Virus record (IMG/VR): IMGVR_UViG_3300048997_000130
Location: 96,001-160,000 of that record
DNA length: 64,000 nt
Direction: 5' to 3' (one strand)
DNA from: a virus
Shown here: positions 9,136 to 18,051 of the stretch, piece by piece
Position numbering within the stretch: position 1 is the first letter of the stretch
Layout of the letters: every line of letters begins with the position of its first letter
Notes under the pieces: model-generated
What the model was told of the DNA's origin: nothing
Database searches by the model: none
Seen by the model: the letters and a program-made list of their open reading frames with translations, nothing else
Made by a program: the position numbers and the translations under genes

Positions 9136-9447
9136 TTACTGGTTCCTTAGCCTATCCAAATATGGTTGATATTCATCAAAAAAGCTTCCTACTTGGCGAG
9201 CGCAATTCGGAGATTCGCAACCCTCAGACAGATAAACATCGAAATTCTTGGTCTGCACGAATTCACAAACGCGTCTAGCATACTGCTCGGTAGCAAAATA
9301 TCTTCCAGGCGCACGCCTGCGAATTTCTTCCAGTGTGGTTGAAGCTTCTAAAAGGACTTCAATCGGAAATCCGGAAGCCCATGAACTTTCTCCCAACTCG
9401 AATGACTCTTCATTCGAGTTGGTGACGATGTAAACCGACGAACTCAT
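9136..9447 (-). CDS. hypothetical protein
   Basis: between cassettes; stop inside GTAAAT. Confidence 0.7.
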   Translation of the reverse strand: MSSSVYIVTNSNEESFELGESSWASGFPIEVLLEASTTLEEIRRRAPGRYFATEQYARRVCEFVQTKNFDVYLSEGCESPNCARQVGSFFDEYQPYLDRLRNQ

Positions 9448-9480
9448 TTCAGTTTCTAGATACGGGTTCCCCCGGGAGAT

Positions 9481-9702
9481 TTACGAGTCTCCCGGTTTGC
9501 CCCAAGGGCCGGAATCGGTCATGATGGGAGGGTCCCAATTCCGAGCTTCTACGCACAGTTGGAACTGTTCGGTAAGGAGTTTCTGGACATCTTCTTCACG
9601 ATTGGGATTCCTATCATGGAAGACGATCCTGATTTGCCCATTCAAATCTTGAAGCCTTCCAATAATAATGAGAAGATCTCTTCTTGTAGGTTTCCTTTTC
9701 AT
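9481..9702 (-). CDS. hypothetical protein
   Basis: TAATG overlap; stop inside GTAAAT. Confidence 0.75.
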   Translation of the reverse strand: MKRKPTRRDLLIIIGRLQDLNGQIRIVFHDRNPNREEDVQKLLTEQFQLCVEARNWDPPIMTDSGPWGKPGDS

Positions 9703-9914
9703 TAGTTCCTGCGGATAGTCTGCACGAACTCGACGATTTTGGCTTGAAGCGCTGCATCATCGAGGCCTTCCGCAATGCCAACGCGGCCAATTTGGAAAAT
9801 CTTGGGAATGGACATCATTGGAATCTGCACGCCGTTGCAACTCGCCGTATATAGGCGGCTGATGCGGTCGTCTTCTTGTTTTGCCCGAGCTTTTGCCGAA
9901 AGTTGCTTGGCCAT
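9702..9914 (-). CDS. hypothetical protein
   Basis: after cassette 9922. Confidence 0.8.
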   Translation of the reverse strand: MAKQLSAKARAKQEDDRISRLYTASCNGVQIPMMSIPKIFQIGRVGIAEGLDDAALQAKIVEFVQTIRRN

Positions 9915-9932
9915 TTTTCCAGAACCTCCACC

Positions 9933-10214
9933 TCAAGGTACAGAATTAGAGGACGGATTTACCTTCACGTCCGAGACTCCGAGGAAATCGTAGTCCAGTC
10001 TATGTCCGCAATACTTAAGCATGAAGACTTCCGCCCTTTGTTCGGCCTGGGCATATGTTTCGGCCTCCACTTGGATTTCGAAAGCCAGCGGTTGATTGAT
10101 TTCGAACCATGGAGGGCTTGAAATTTCCACAGATTTGATCGAAGACGGAACAAAGTTATTCAGCTTAACTTGCAGATCGAGACGCGCCGTAACTTTCACT
10201 GTGAATTTTGCCAT
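9933..10214 (-). CDS. hypothetical protein (VEAExxxxA family)
   Basis: after cassette 10221; resembles 11064..11534 and 16526..16708. Confidence 0.7.
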   Translation of the reverse strand: MAKFTVKVTARLDLQVKLNNFVPSSIKSVEISSPPWFEINQPLAFEIQVEAETYAQAEQRAEVFMLKYCGHRLDYDFLGVSDVKVNPSSNSVP

Positions 10215-10309
10215 GTTCCAGAACCTCCAAATTTAGATATGGAAGAATCCAGGAGACTTCCGAAGTTGGCGTAAATTGTCTTGTAGTCCTTTTATACTAA
10301 TTATGACTT

Positions 10310-10657
10310 ATGGGACCTCGAGAAGCCGCTGAACAGATTCGTGCTATTGCAAATTACATCGAGCGCGAGGCCAACCCGAAGAAATTAGTGGTCTCCAACG
10401 GCATCTCCAACGTTCTTGCGACTTTGACCGGAGCTCCTGTTCGAACTTCTGGATCCTTGAAGCGGTTCATGGACAAGGACATCGATGGAGCGCTTTCTGG
10501 CATCACGAACTTGGTCGAAAAGCTCCATAAAGTGGTCAGGACTCTCAATCCGCAAAGTCCTTCGAAAGCTTATTTGGAGGGCGTCCAAAAGGAATGGGAC
10601 GCCTTGCGAGATCAAGTTGAAACTCAAATTGAAGATTTCGAGAACGTTGAAATCTAG
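10310..10657 (+). CDS. hypothetical coiled-coil protein, counter-oriented
   Basis: 115 aa; converges on 10654..10848. Confidence 0.7.
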   Translation: MGPREAAEQIRAIANYIEREANPKKLVVSNGISNVLATLTGAPVRTSGSLKRFMDKDIDGALSGITNLVEKLHKVVRTLNPQSPSKAYLEGVQKEWDALRDQVETQIEDFENVEI

Positions 10658-10848
10658 CTTTCCTGCACTTGCTTGATTATTTCGATATTGCAATCCACGG
10701 AAATTCCGGCTTTCTTCGCGTAGCGGGTGATGTTCCGTTTGTGCGTGAACCCGGGCAGGTAAACGGGTCCGGCCCCACATTTGGAACAAACATATATTTT
10801 CATATCTCCAGCAAATGTTTTCCGTTCATATTTCCAAGTGTGATTCAT
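10654..10848 (-). CDS. small Zn-binding protein with C-terminal tag (Q variant)
   Basis: H..CSKC..C; ends DCNIEIIKQVQES. Confidence 0.8.
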   Translation of the reverse strand: MNHTWKYERKTFAGDMKIYVCSKCGAGPVYLPGFTHKRNITRYAKKAGISVDCNIEIIKQVQES

Positions 10849-11057
10849 TAGCTCTCTTGAATCTTCTTAATCATTTCCACTTTGCAATCCGAAGAAATGC
10901 CTTTTTTCTTCGCGTAACGGGTTATGTTCCGTTTATTTAAGGTTTTCATTATGTGAATTGGGCCGACTCCGCATCTAGAGCAAATGTAAGAGTGGATGAA
11001 AGAGTGGATGATTGAAAACTGATGTTTATTGGTTCGAAGCTTCCATTTATGATTCAT
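10848..11057 (-). CDS. small Zn-binding protein, tandem paralogue with tag
   Basis: shares KRNITRYAKK; ends DCKVEMIKKIQES. Confidence 0.8.
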   Translation of the reverse strand: MNHKWKLRTNKHQFSIIHSFIHSYICSRCGVGPIHIMKTLNKRNITRYAKKKGISSDCKVEMIKKIQES

Positions 11058-11063
11058 GTTCTA

Positions 11064-11534
11064 CTATTGATCGGGAACCCAGATTTTCGGCAGGGAGTCA
11101 TTGGATTCGAGCATGCCGCCACCCTCATGTTGTGGCGAGTTGAACGTCCTTTGACAGTACTTACAAACCCGTTGATTGCTGGTGTTGGGCGGGCAACCCC
11201 TGTTTAGAAGGATCGTGTGCTTGCAGGCAAGTTTCTCCTCTAGAGATCTGTCAATCTTAGTCTCTGCCACTTTAACATTCCAACATTGGACGTTGAAGCC
11301 AGTTCCCTGGATTATGAGTCGCGCTTGGGCTTCAGCCTCTTCTTGATTGGAAGCTTGGACTGTGACTGTCAGCATTATTTCTGGTGTGAACTTCAATCCG
11401 AGTTGTATACCAGTAACTTGCCCAGACATCGGGTAAACATCCATCCCCATTTCAAGCCGACAAAGGACTTTAATTTCAAATTCTTGCATCGTATTTCTTC
11501 CTAACCAGAAACCTCTTTGATTTACCGGGTCCAA
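11064..11534 (-). CDS. hypothetical protein with C-terminal Cys/His motif
   Basis: likely start MQEFE; CKH..CKYC. Confidence 0.6.
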   Translation of the reverse strand: MDPVNQRGFWLGRNTMQEFEIKVLCRLEMGMDVYPMSGQVTGIQLGLKFTPEIMLTVTVQASNQEEAEAQARLIIQGTGFNVQCWNVKVAETKIDRSLEEKLACKHTILLNRGCPPNTSNQRVCKYCQRTFNSPQHEGGGMLESNDSLPKIWVPDQ

Positions 11535-11752
11535 GTGCCGGCCGGACCATTGCCCCAGGCTTTGCGCTCCAGGGCTTCCCGGTCCTCCCAGCTCGAATTA
11601 TCAGTTGCAGGCTCGCCAGCTGGCTTTTGGAACTTTATGACTGCAACGGCTCGCAAGATCAAAATGGCTCCAAAGAAAAACACGAACGTGGAGAGCAAGT
11701 AAATCTTGATGAACTTCCCGGTGGTCATAATTCCTTTTACCGGGAAATTCAT
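11522..11752 (-). CDS. small membrane protein
   Basis: hydrophobic IYLLSTFVFFFGAILILRAVAVI. Confidence 0.65.
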   Translation of the reverse strand: MNFPVKGIMTTGKFIKIYLLSTFVFFFGAILILRAVAVIKFQKPAGEPATDNSSWEDREALERKAWGNGPAGTWTR

Positions 11753-11757
11753 TCAAT

Positions 11758-12066
11758 TTACAAGGGTCGGTTGGGAACTCGGACCGACAGGCTCTTCCCA
11801 TTCTCCCATTGCGCAAGACCCATTCGAGATGCACAAGGTGTGTTGGTCCAAACTGCAATGCCTCGTTGCACGAGACCAGCCACAAGTTCGGCCGGTTCGG
11901 AAAGCAAGATGCCGCCAAGGGCTCGCGTGAAGATGGTCGGAACGTACCCATCCGACATTGATGCTTGCAGGTCAGTGAGCGTCCGGAACGCGGTATATCG
12001 CTTGAGGAGAACTTCGAGCCGCGACATGAGGACCAAATCAAACTCGGCAATGATTGACGTTTCCAT
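11758..12066 (-). CDS. hypothetical protein
   Basis: after cassette near 12060..12100. Confidence 0.7.
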   Translation of the reverse strand: METSIIAEFDLVLMSRLEVLLKRYTAFRTLTDLQASMSDGYVPTIFTRALGGILLSEPAELVAGLVQRGIAVWTNTPCASRMGLAQWENGKSLSVRVPNRPL

Positions 12067-12095
12067 GTTTCCTTCTACTGGGAACCCTGGAAGAC

Positions 12096-12275
12096 TTACA
12101 GCCCTTCCAGGGTCACATAATCCGAACTCTTGGATATTTCTTCATCTCCCAAGCGCAAAGTCACCGTGGCTTTGACGCTGGCTTTATTGTCATTGTAAAT
12201 TTCTGTCCTCTGGCTGAGTTCGACGAAAACCGAAAGGTTCTCTCGAAGGAACGAGATGAGGTCTTCCTTTTCCAT
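12096..12275 (-). CDS. small hypothetical protein (59 aa, absent from ORF track)
   Basis: MEKEDLISFLRENL...VTLEGL; stop inside GTAAGT. Confidence 0.65.
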   Translation of the reverse strand: MEKEDLISFLRENLSVFVELSQRTEIYNDNKASVKATVTLRLGDEEISKSSDYVTLEGL

Positions 12276-12281
12276 GGATGT

Positions 12282-12875
12282 CTACAGATAGCCGAGTTTC
12301 TGGGCGTGAGTCTTGGCTTCGGGCGTGATGATGTACATCTGGGCTTTATGATCCCACTCGGCAATCCGGAACTTCTTTACGAGCTTCTTGTGGCTCGCGT
12401 CAACCACAGACTCCGTGATGAACTTCTTGAGTGCTCGAAGTTTGGCGCTGTCTGGGTGTAGGTCCTCGGCGAGGTAGACGGGCTTGAGCTTCTTGGCACC
12501 ATTGACCAGCTTCTCGACCGGGCCTTCCAAGGTCTTGAGGAGCTTGAACATGCCTTCAGCTTGCTTGTTCAAGTCGTCCAGAAGTTCTTGCTTCATGTCC
12601 GGGAAATAATCGTCCTTCTTGAAGTCTTCTTCGTTCTCGTAGGAACAACAACCGAGACTGGTAGAAGCTGTCAGGCAACCTTCCCAATTGGCGGTCATGG
12701 TCACACAAGCCCAGGCCCAAACTTCCCCATTTCGGAGGCGCTCCTTGATGTCAGCCACCATCTTTGCATCGGCTTCAGCATCGTCCGTTGCGAAGTGCCC
12801 GTCCACTTCGGCATCATCCACTTCGGCAGAAAGGGTGAAAAGGACGTCTTTTTCGGTGATCTTACGCAGGGTCAT
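12282..12875 (-). CDS. hypothetical protein
   Basis: start MTLRK after cassette 12881. Confidence 0.8.
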   Translation of the reverse strand: MTLRKITEKDVLFTLSAEVDDAEVDGHFATDDAEADAKMVADIKERLRNGEVWAWACVTMTANWEGCLTASTSLGCCSYENEEDFKKDDYFPDMKQELLDDLNKQAEGMFKLLKTLEGPVEKLVNGAKKLKPVYLAEDLHPDSAKLRALKKFITESVVDASHKKLVKKFRIAEWDHKAQMYIITPEAKTHAQKLGYL

Positions 12876-12916
12876 TTGAAAATCTCCAACCGGAACTATG
12901 AAGGGATGGCCCAGAT

Positions 12917-13174
12917 TTACAAGACTGCAGCGAACCGGGACTCGTCGCGCTCGGCTCGATTCGGCCGGTTGGCCTTGAGCCGACCGTGCTTGATGAGCCA
13001 TTTGGCTTCGTCGCCCGAACAAATCGAACACTTCACCACGAACGGCACGTTGCCGTTGCGTTCGACATGTTGCTTCCAACGCCTGATGGCTCGACGTTGG
13101 GCTCGCGGCGTGTCCGTATGGGCTTTCAGAAACGATTCAAGCGTTGTGTAGACCTGCGAGCAGTGTTTTGCCAT
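12917..13174 (-). CDS. hypothetical protein
   Basis: CSIC motif; stop inside GTAAAT. Confidence 0.7.
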   Translation of the reverse strand: MAKHCSQVYTTLESFLKAHTDTPRAQRRAIRRWKQHVERNGNVPFVVKCSICSGDEAKWLIKHGRLKANRPNRAERDESRFAAVL

Positions 13175-13218
13175 TGGGTTCCTTTTCCTACTGAGAAATT
13201 ATTCGAATTTCCAGACTT

Positions 13219-13401
13219 CTATTCCGGGAAGGAGCCGGCAAATTCAGCTTCTTTTTTGAGGAGTTCTTCCTCAAGCAGCCGTTCAAGCACAGACTCGAGT
13301 GCCTCTTGGACCAAGCCTTGAGTCGCCCATTTGGGGGCATTAACCACCAATCTGAGATCATTGGACCCATGAGTCACTACATTGATTACGAATTTTGCCA
13401 T
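13219..13401 (-). CDS. hypothetical protein
   Basis: TGATG overlap with upstream gene. Confidence 0.65.
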   Translation of the reverse strand: MAKFVINVVTHGSNDLRLVVNAPKWATQGLVQEALESVLERLLEEELLKKEAEFAGSFPE

Positions 13402-13607
13402 CAAGCGGCCTTGGAAACTTTCACAACGCTGGATTCGATGCTGGTTGCTGCGGCTTGCCATTCGGCCTTTTCGAAACCGCGAGCGAACGCCGCGGCGTCT
13501 TGCGCCAGCTGCCATAGGCGCCTCAAACTTTCGATGTCCTGATCTGCCGCTGCCCGAATTGCACTGATAAGAACCGCTTCGCTCGTCACCTTGATTGAAA
13601 TCGCCAT
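13401..13607 (-). CDS. hypothetical protein
   Basis: after cassette 13615. Confidence 0.75.
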   Translation of the reverse strand: MAISIKVTSEAVLISAIRAAADQDIESLRRLWQLAQDAAAFARGFEKAEWQAAATSIESSVVKVSKAA

Positions 13608-13649
13608 TTCCCTAACCTCCAGTTTTTGATATGAAGGTTAGGGCAGGAT

Positions 13650-13820
13650 TTACGCGTTTTGCAGGAACTGCAAGTGATCCCGGTCATAACGCCAGATTTT
13701 TCCGTCCGACCATTTGACCGACACTGAAGACTTTCCATGGCGAACGACTCGGCCAAGACGCCATGGCCACCACGTGTCGCACACCGGCCGGCGCAATGAG
13801 AATTGCTCGAACTTCCTCAC
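13650..13820 (-). CDS. small hypothetical protein (56 aa, absent from ORF track)
   Basis: GTGA overlap start; WPWRLGRVVRHGKSSVSVKWSDG; stop inside GTAAAT. Confidence 0.65.
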   Translation of the reverse strand: MRKFEQFSLRRPVCDTWWPWRLGRVVRHGKSSVSVKWSDGKIWRYDRDHLQFLQNA

Positions 13821-13999
13821 GCGCCAGGCACCTTCGGGTCACGACGGAGGTCGCGTTCCCAAAGCTTGAGTTCCGGGCCGCATTCCTTCGGAATCCCTCG
13901 GGAAAGCGTCTGGCCCCATGGCTTATTCACTGCCGCACAATAGGGATCCAAGTCCATATCCATGCAACGATTCAAACAAGTGTGACAACTTCTTTCCAT
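13817..13999 (-). CDS. small Cys-rich protein
   Basis: CHTC..C..C..C. Confidence 0.6.
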   Translation of the reverse strand: MERSCHTCLNRCMDMDLDPYCAAVNKPWGQTLSRGIPKECGPELKLWERDLRRDPKVPGA

Positions 14000-14018
14000 T
14001 GTTTATTTTACATCCATA

Positions 14019-14237
14019 TCAGGCGGACTTACAAGCGATTCCTAGATCCGGCCGAACAACCGCCAATTCGAGCTTGTTGATGGTGTCGTTGGCTTCAGCC
14101 GCTTTCAGATAGTGAAGCGCCATTGAGAACTGGCCCCGGCTCACGCAGTCCTGGATGAGCTTCGCGTATTTGCCGACTGTCATATCATAGCCGCGAATTT
14201 CGCATGGCAATTCAGCCCAAACTTTGGAATTATCCAT
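14019..14237 (-). CDS. hypothetical protein
   Basis: 72 aa ORF in array. Confidence 0.55.
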   Translation of the reverse strand: MDNSKVWAELPCEIRGYDMTVGKYAKLIQDCVSRGQFSMALHYLKAAEANDTINKLELAVVRPDLGIACKSA

Positions 14238-14451
14238 ATTCTTCAGTATGTTCAGACATATCCGACTTACCGGATATTTGTTTCTCGAGCACAGCCTTTT
14301 ATCGAGATCGAGGTCTCAGCGAGAGAATCGTAATCAAAATAATCACGCACCCTAAGATTCCCCAAACGAAAAAGACCTCTCTCACAGCGTCCCCGACAAT
14401 GATATGAATTCCTTATTCATATTCCTTCCTATATATGGGATGGGTGAATTT

Positions 14452-14504
14452 CCATACAGCTGAAGGGGAGGCCGGGAAAACCGGCCTCCCCTTCAGCTGT
14501 ATGG
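14452..14504. terminator. 24-bp perfect inverted repeat, 5-nt loop
   Basis: CCATACAGCTGAAGGGGAGGCCGG-GAAAA-CCGGCCTCCCCTTCAGCTGTATGG. Confidence 0.7.
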
Positions 14505-14513
14505 CCCGACTTT

Positions 14514-14828
14514 TCAGATGTCCGAGTAGCAAGTCCGAACGTGGGGATGATAGATGCAGAGCGTGCTGCTGGTTTCGATGAGAATCGGTTGAAGCGTGAT
14601 GGTGCGATGCGTCTGCTTGGCCGGACCTTTGACCGTCATGGCCTGGAGCTCCTCGACCACGGCAGGAGGCGCGGGATAACTGACGACGTCCTCGAACCTG
14701 TGCGGAGCTTCCTGCGTGGCCGTGTGGACCGGGGTTTGCACCGTGTTCAAGCACAACGCGAACGCCGGGATTGCCACTGCCATCATCACAACCAGAGCCA
14801 CCGCGAAAGTCTTGATTTGATTTTTCAT
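14514..14828 (-). CDS. secreted/exported hypothetical protein
   Basis: signal peptide MKNQIKTFAVALVVMMAVAIPAFA; after cassette 14836. Confidence 0.7.
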   Translation of the reverse strand: MKNQIKTFAVALVVMMAVAIPAFALCLNTVQTPVHTATQEAPHRFEDVVSYPAPPAVVEELQAMTVKGPAKQTHRTITLQPILIETSSTLCIYHPHVRTCYSDI

Positions 14829-15063
14829 TGGAACCGAACCTCCATCCCCTTCTATGGAATCAATCCAGTGATTTACCGAAGCGGTTTTTAAAAGAGATTC
14901 TTCGTAAATCCTCCATATAGCCGTATAGCTTGGAACATGAACAACGTGAAGATGACCGCCGAGGAAGCCGCGTTGCTTGCAAAAATTCGTGAGCAATTGG
15001 CATTGCAAGCTCGCAGGATTGCCATTTATCCGAGCTTGCATGGTGGGCGACGCCCCCTCTGAT

Positions 15064-15333
15064 TCAAGAAGTTTGGATAGATGCCACTAACTGAATATCG
15101 CAATCTGGTTGATATCCGTAGAGATCCAACCAGGCATCAGTATCAGTCTCGAATTCCGGCCAGTCAGGACCGGATTCATCATTATTGGGTTGATTCTGGG
15201 GATCCACGATGGTGTAGCCACAACGTTGGCATACGTACGTGTGAGATAATATCAGGGATTGCCCAGTTCTCGGATCACGGGAACCGTGTTCTTCAACGAA
15301 CTCCTCTAAATGATCAAAGTTATGGCTCTTCAT
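15064..15333 (-). CDS. Zn-binding protein with C-terminal tag (Q variant)
   Basis: H..HTYVCQRC..DC; ends PDCDIQLVASIQTS like the 10654 pair. Confidence 0.7.
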   Translation of the reverse strand: MKSHNFDHLEEFVEEHGSRDPRTGQSLILSHTYVCQRCGYTIVDPQNQPNNDESGPDWPEFETDTDAWLDLYGYQPDCDIQLVASIQTS

Positions 15334-15547
15334 CGGGTTCCGGAGTTTTTTCTTTATCCTTTGGGACGAAGCCTTCACAAAATAAATCAATGGCTACGAA
15401 TGACCAAATGAACAAGACGATGAACGGTCCGTGCCAATGCAGGCACCCAAGAATGGATTCAATGATAGCAGCCAAAAGGGATACGAGAGCGAAACCTATC
15501 CCAAGTTTGGTTGCGTTTTTAAGCGATTCGAAAAGAGTTTTTAACAC
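15320..15547 (-). CDS. small membrane protein (2 TM)
   Basis: two hydrophobic segments, acidic tail. Confidence 0.7.
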   Translation of the reverse strand: MLKTLFESLKNATKLGIGFALVSLLAAIIESILGCLHWHGPFIVLFIWSFVAIDLFCEGFVPKDKEKTPEPDEEP

Positions 15548-15586
15548 CTGGAAGACTTTACATCTCAGGTGCCCAAATTTACGATT

Positions 15587-15790
15587 TCATTCTTGGCCGT
15601 GATAACTGTTGACCAGACTGGACATTTCATCCACTTTCTTGTTCCACAGCTCAATGAGCTCGGGAGAAGGATTGACGGACATCCGGCCAGTGAGAATATC
15701 AATTTCCTCTCCAAGCGCTTCCACTTTTTCCCAAAGCTCTTGGTGAGCAGTTTCCTCAACCGAAAAATCATCCATAGCAGAGGATTCCAT
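15587..15790 (-). CDS. hypothetical acidic protein
   Basis: start uncertain. Confidence 0.55.
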   Translation of the reverse strand: MESSAMDDFSVEETAHQELWEKVEALGEEIDILTGRMSVNPSPELIELWNKKVDEMSSLVNSYHGQE

Positions 15791-15875
15791 AGGGTATGCT
15801 ATATGGGCGGTGTTGGAATTTACAAGATTCAAAGCGATACTGTGGATGTTCATGAACATCCACAGTATCGGAAAG

Positions 15876-16103
15876 CTACGATGCGACTTCCACAGCTCCA
15901 GGGAGCTGATAAAACACGTCGTGACAGTGAATGGAAGCCTGCACTTGCCCGGCTTTTGCCAGCTCATTGAGCTTCTTTCGGATTCTCCGCAAATCCGACC
16001 GGTTCACTTCAATGAGGACCTTCTCGGCCAAGGTTGCAGAGGTATAGGCCTTGCCACTTTGCAAAGCGGCAAGGAGCGAAATTTCGAGAGCTCCAGTATC
16101 CAT
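15876..16103 (-). CDS. winged helix-turn-helix protein
   Basis: LLAALQSGKAYTSATLAEKV...IRKKLNELAKAGQV. Confidence 0.55.
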   Translation of the reverse strand: MDTGALEISLLAALQSGKAYTSATLAEKVLIEVNRSDLRRIRKKLNELAKAGQVQASIHCHDVFYQLPGAVEVAS

Positions 16104-16134
16104 CTGTTTTTTTATATGAGGGAGATGTCAGAAC

Positions 16135-16455
16135 TTACGCTTGCAGGATTTCGAGCGTGAGCAGACGCCCCACGCTCGGATTGAAAGTGCGGAAGGCGCC
16201 AACTTCGCCGGTGACCGAGTTGTCACGGTTGGCCACGAAAACGGTCATCGTGACCTCACCATGCCGGTTCATGTTGATGGCTTTGAACGTGCCGACATAA
16301 TGACGGGGGCTAATGCCCATTTCGTCCGAAACTCGAGCTTCTGCACGAGCTTTGGCTGAAGCTGTACGACCGGCCACATACGAAATGAACAGTTCAGAAC
16401 CTTCACGAACGCCTTCGAGTTTCCGGAGCATCTCTTCGGTCGTCATAGCTTTCAT
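16135..16455 (-). CDS. hypothetical protein
   Basis: after cassette 16461; stop inside GTAAGT. Confidence 0.8.
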   Translation of the reverse strand: MKAMTTEEMLRKLEGVREGSELFISYVAGRTASAKARAEARVSDEMGISPRHYVGTFKAINMNRHGEVTMTVFVANRDNSVTGEVGAFRTFNPSVGRLLTLEILQA

Positions 16456-16525
16456 CGGTGCAACCTCCACCTCTGAATATAAAGGTGGAGGATGAATTTA
16501 CGCAAGCCCGGCCAGAGAACCCGGA

Positions 16526-16708
16526 TCAATCAACGGGTTCGAATTGGACGGTCTCCGTGCCTCGAGCAATGATGTTCTTCGTGATGTAGGCCCTGTCATA
16601 AGGTCTCATGTTTGCGACCTTCTCAACGGCTTCATCAAAAGATTCCGCTGTGACATCAAGCGTGGTTTCGATGAAGATGCGAACCGGGATCTTATGAACT
16701 GTGAACAT
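16526..16708 (-). CDS. hypothetical protein (VxAESxxEA family)
   Basis: after cassette 16716. Confidence 0.75.
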   Translation of the reverse strand: MFTVHKIPVRIFIETTLDVTAESFDEAVEKVANMRPYDRAYITKNIIARGTETVQFEPVD

Positions 16709-16762
16709 TTGAACCGAACCTCCAGCGCATACTATTGAGACAGGATTTGAATCTACACTAGC

Positions 16763-16810
16763 CTGGCCACGGGATCCGGAGCAGTAAGGAAAGACGGATC
16801 CCGTGGCCAG
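16763..16810. repeat. 16-bp perfect inverted repeat, 16-nt loop
   Basis: CTGGCCACGGGATCCG...CGGATCCCGTGGCCAG, intergenic. Confidence 0.8.
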
Positions 16811-16818
16811 CGAAGTCT

Positions 16819-17046
16819 TTAGCGACCCCGAACCATGGCTCGCGAATCTTCGTCGAGCATGTCGGAAATATCCTTGACGAGTTCGTAGCTGCCGACCGTG
16901 TTGCCGTTGAGGTCCATGATATTGCCGTCAGTGCGACCGACTTTGACGCACTTGGCCACGTACTTGAGGGCGTCTGCCACTTCATTGGGCGACCTCATGC
17001 CATCATTGCCGAGCTCGATAGAAACCGTGAATTTGCCGTTGTCCAT
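16819..17046 (-). CDS. hypothetical protein
   Basis: after cassette 17053. Confidence 0.8.
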   Translation of the reverse strand: MDNGKFTVSIELGNDGMRSPNEVADALKYVAKCVKVGRTDGNIMDLNGNTVGSYELVKDISDMLDEDSRAMVRGR

Positions 17047-17106
17047 TTTGCCGAACCTCCATCAGATAGTAAACAGAAAGAACTCGGATTTACGATCAAG
17101 TCTTAG

Positions 17107-17379
17107 CTATTGGCGTTTGTTCCACCACTTCCAGATGTCCGGACCATAGAACGTTTCCATGGTCTTTTCGAAAACGTCATGTGCGAAGTCCTTGGGAGGG
17201 AATCCACGATCTGCGACCGATTGGATTCCGTCCGCCAGACGTTGTAGCAGACCCGAATAATCACGCTTGCAATCGGCCAACAGCTTTGGGGCTTGAGGAA
17301 CTCGCTTCTCAGCTTCGCGCCGCTCGAGTTCCTTTTGCAGTTCGTTCACCGAGAACTTCTTCAAAACTTCTTTGCTCAT
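17107..17379 (-). CDS. hypothetical protein
   Basis: start MSKEV. Confidence 0.7.
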   Translation of the reverse strand: MSKEVLKKFSVNELQKELERREAEKRVPQAPKLLADCKRDYSGLLQRLADGIQSVADRGFPPKDFAHDVFEKTMETFYGPDIWKWWNKRQ

Positions 17380-17408
17380 GTTGGTTCCTATGGAGAAAGG
17401 ATGACGAT

Positions 17409-17588
17409 TTACGCGTGTAAGGCGGGCATCATGAGTTCGACGCCAATGATTTCCACGTTGCCGTATGTGCGGCGCAAGCGAGCTTTGGCGGATTGTCTGG
17501 AACCAGCCGGGATGGCGACTTTCTTGCTGCCCGAACAGTCCTTGAAAAAGACGTTGAACGTGCGCTCGACCGAAATCCAACTCGTCAT
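17409..17588 (-). CDS. hypothetical protein
   Basis: after cassette 17594; stop inside GTAAAT. Confidence 0.75.
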   Translation of the reverse strand: MTSWISVERTFNVFFKDCSGSKKVAIPAGSRQSAKARLRRTYGNVEIIGVELMMPALHA

Positions 17589-17646
17589 GTCCGCAACCTC
17601 CATCCCTTCCTACATTGGAAATGTAGGCACTTACGACAAGGCCGGT

Positions 17647-18000
17647 TCAGGTCGTGTAATTATATGGAACCAAGCCTTCTTTGCTAGGTTGGACGACCGT
17701 CCGGAAATTGGTTTCAGCGTCGAGCATATCTGCGAGGCTGACTTCGAACATTTCGTAACCCTGCAAAATGCTAGGGCAGCCAGTGCTAGCCCCACTCACG
17801 TAGCAATAAGGACGTGCGAGTTTCACGACCATCCAATGACTATTGGATTCAACCTTGAGCACGACGCAATCCGAGAATGGGACTGCCCTGTTCATATCCC
17901 AAGTGCCGTCTTCGTTCAGGCTATGTAGCATACGAAGCACTGTGCCTGGCGTCAGATCTGACGCCACTATTCTTTTCATCAAACCGTCTTGATTGTTCAT
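17647..18000 (-). CDS. hypothetical protein, paralogue of 39890..40162
   Basis: DLxxGxVxR...F.D..V...RPY.YV shared. Confidence 0.75.
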   Translation of the reverse strand: MNNQDGLMKRIVASDLTPGTVLRMLHSLNEDGTWDMNRAVPFSDCVVLKVESNSHWMVVKLARPYCYVSGASTGCPSILQGYEMFEVSLADMLDAETNFRTVVQPSKEGLVPYNYTT

Positions 18001-18051
18001 TTTGCCGAACCTCCATCCCTTTCTACGCAGGACGGGTCTAGACTTACAGGA

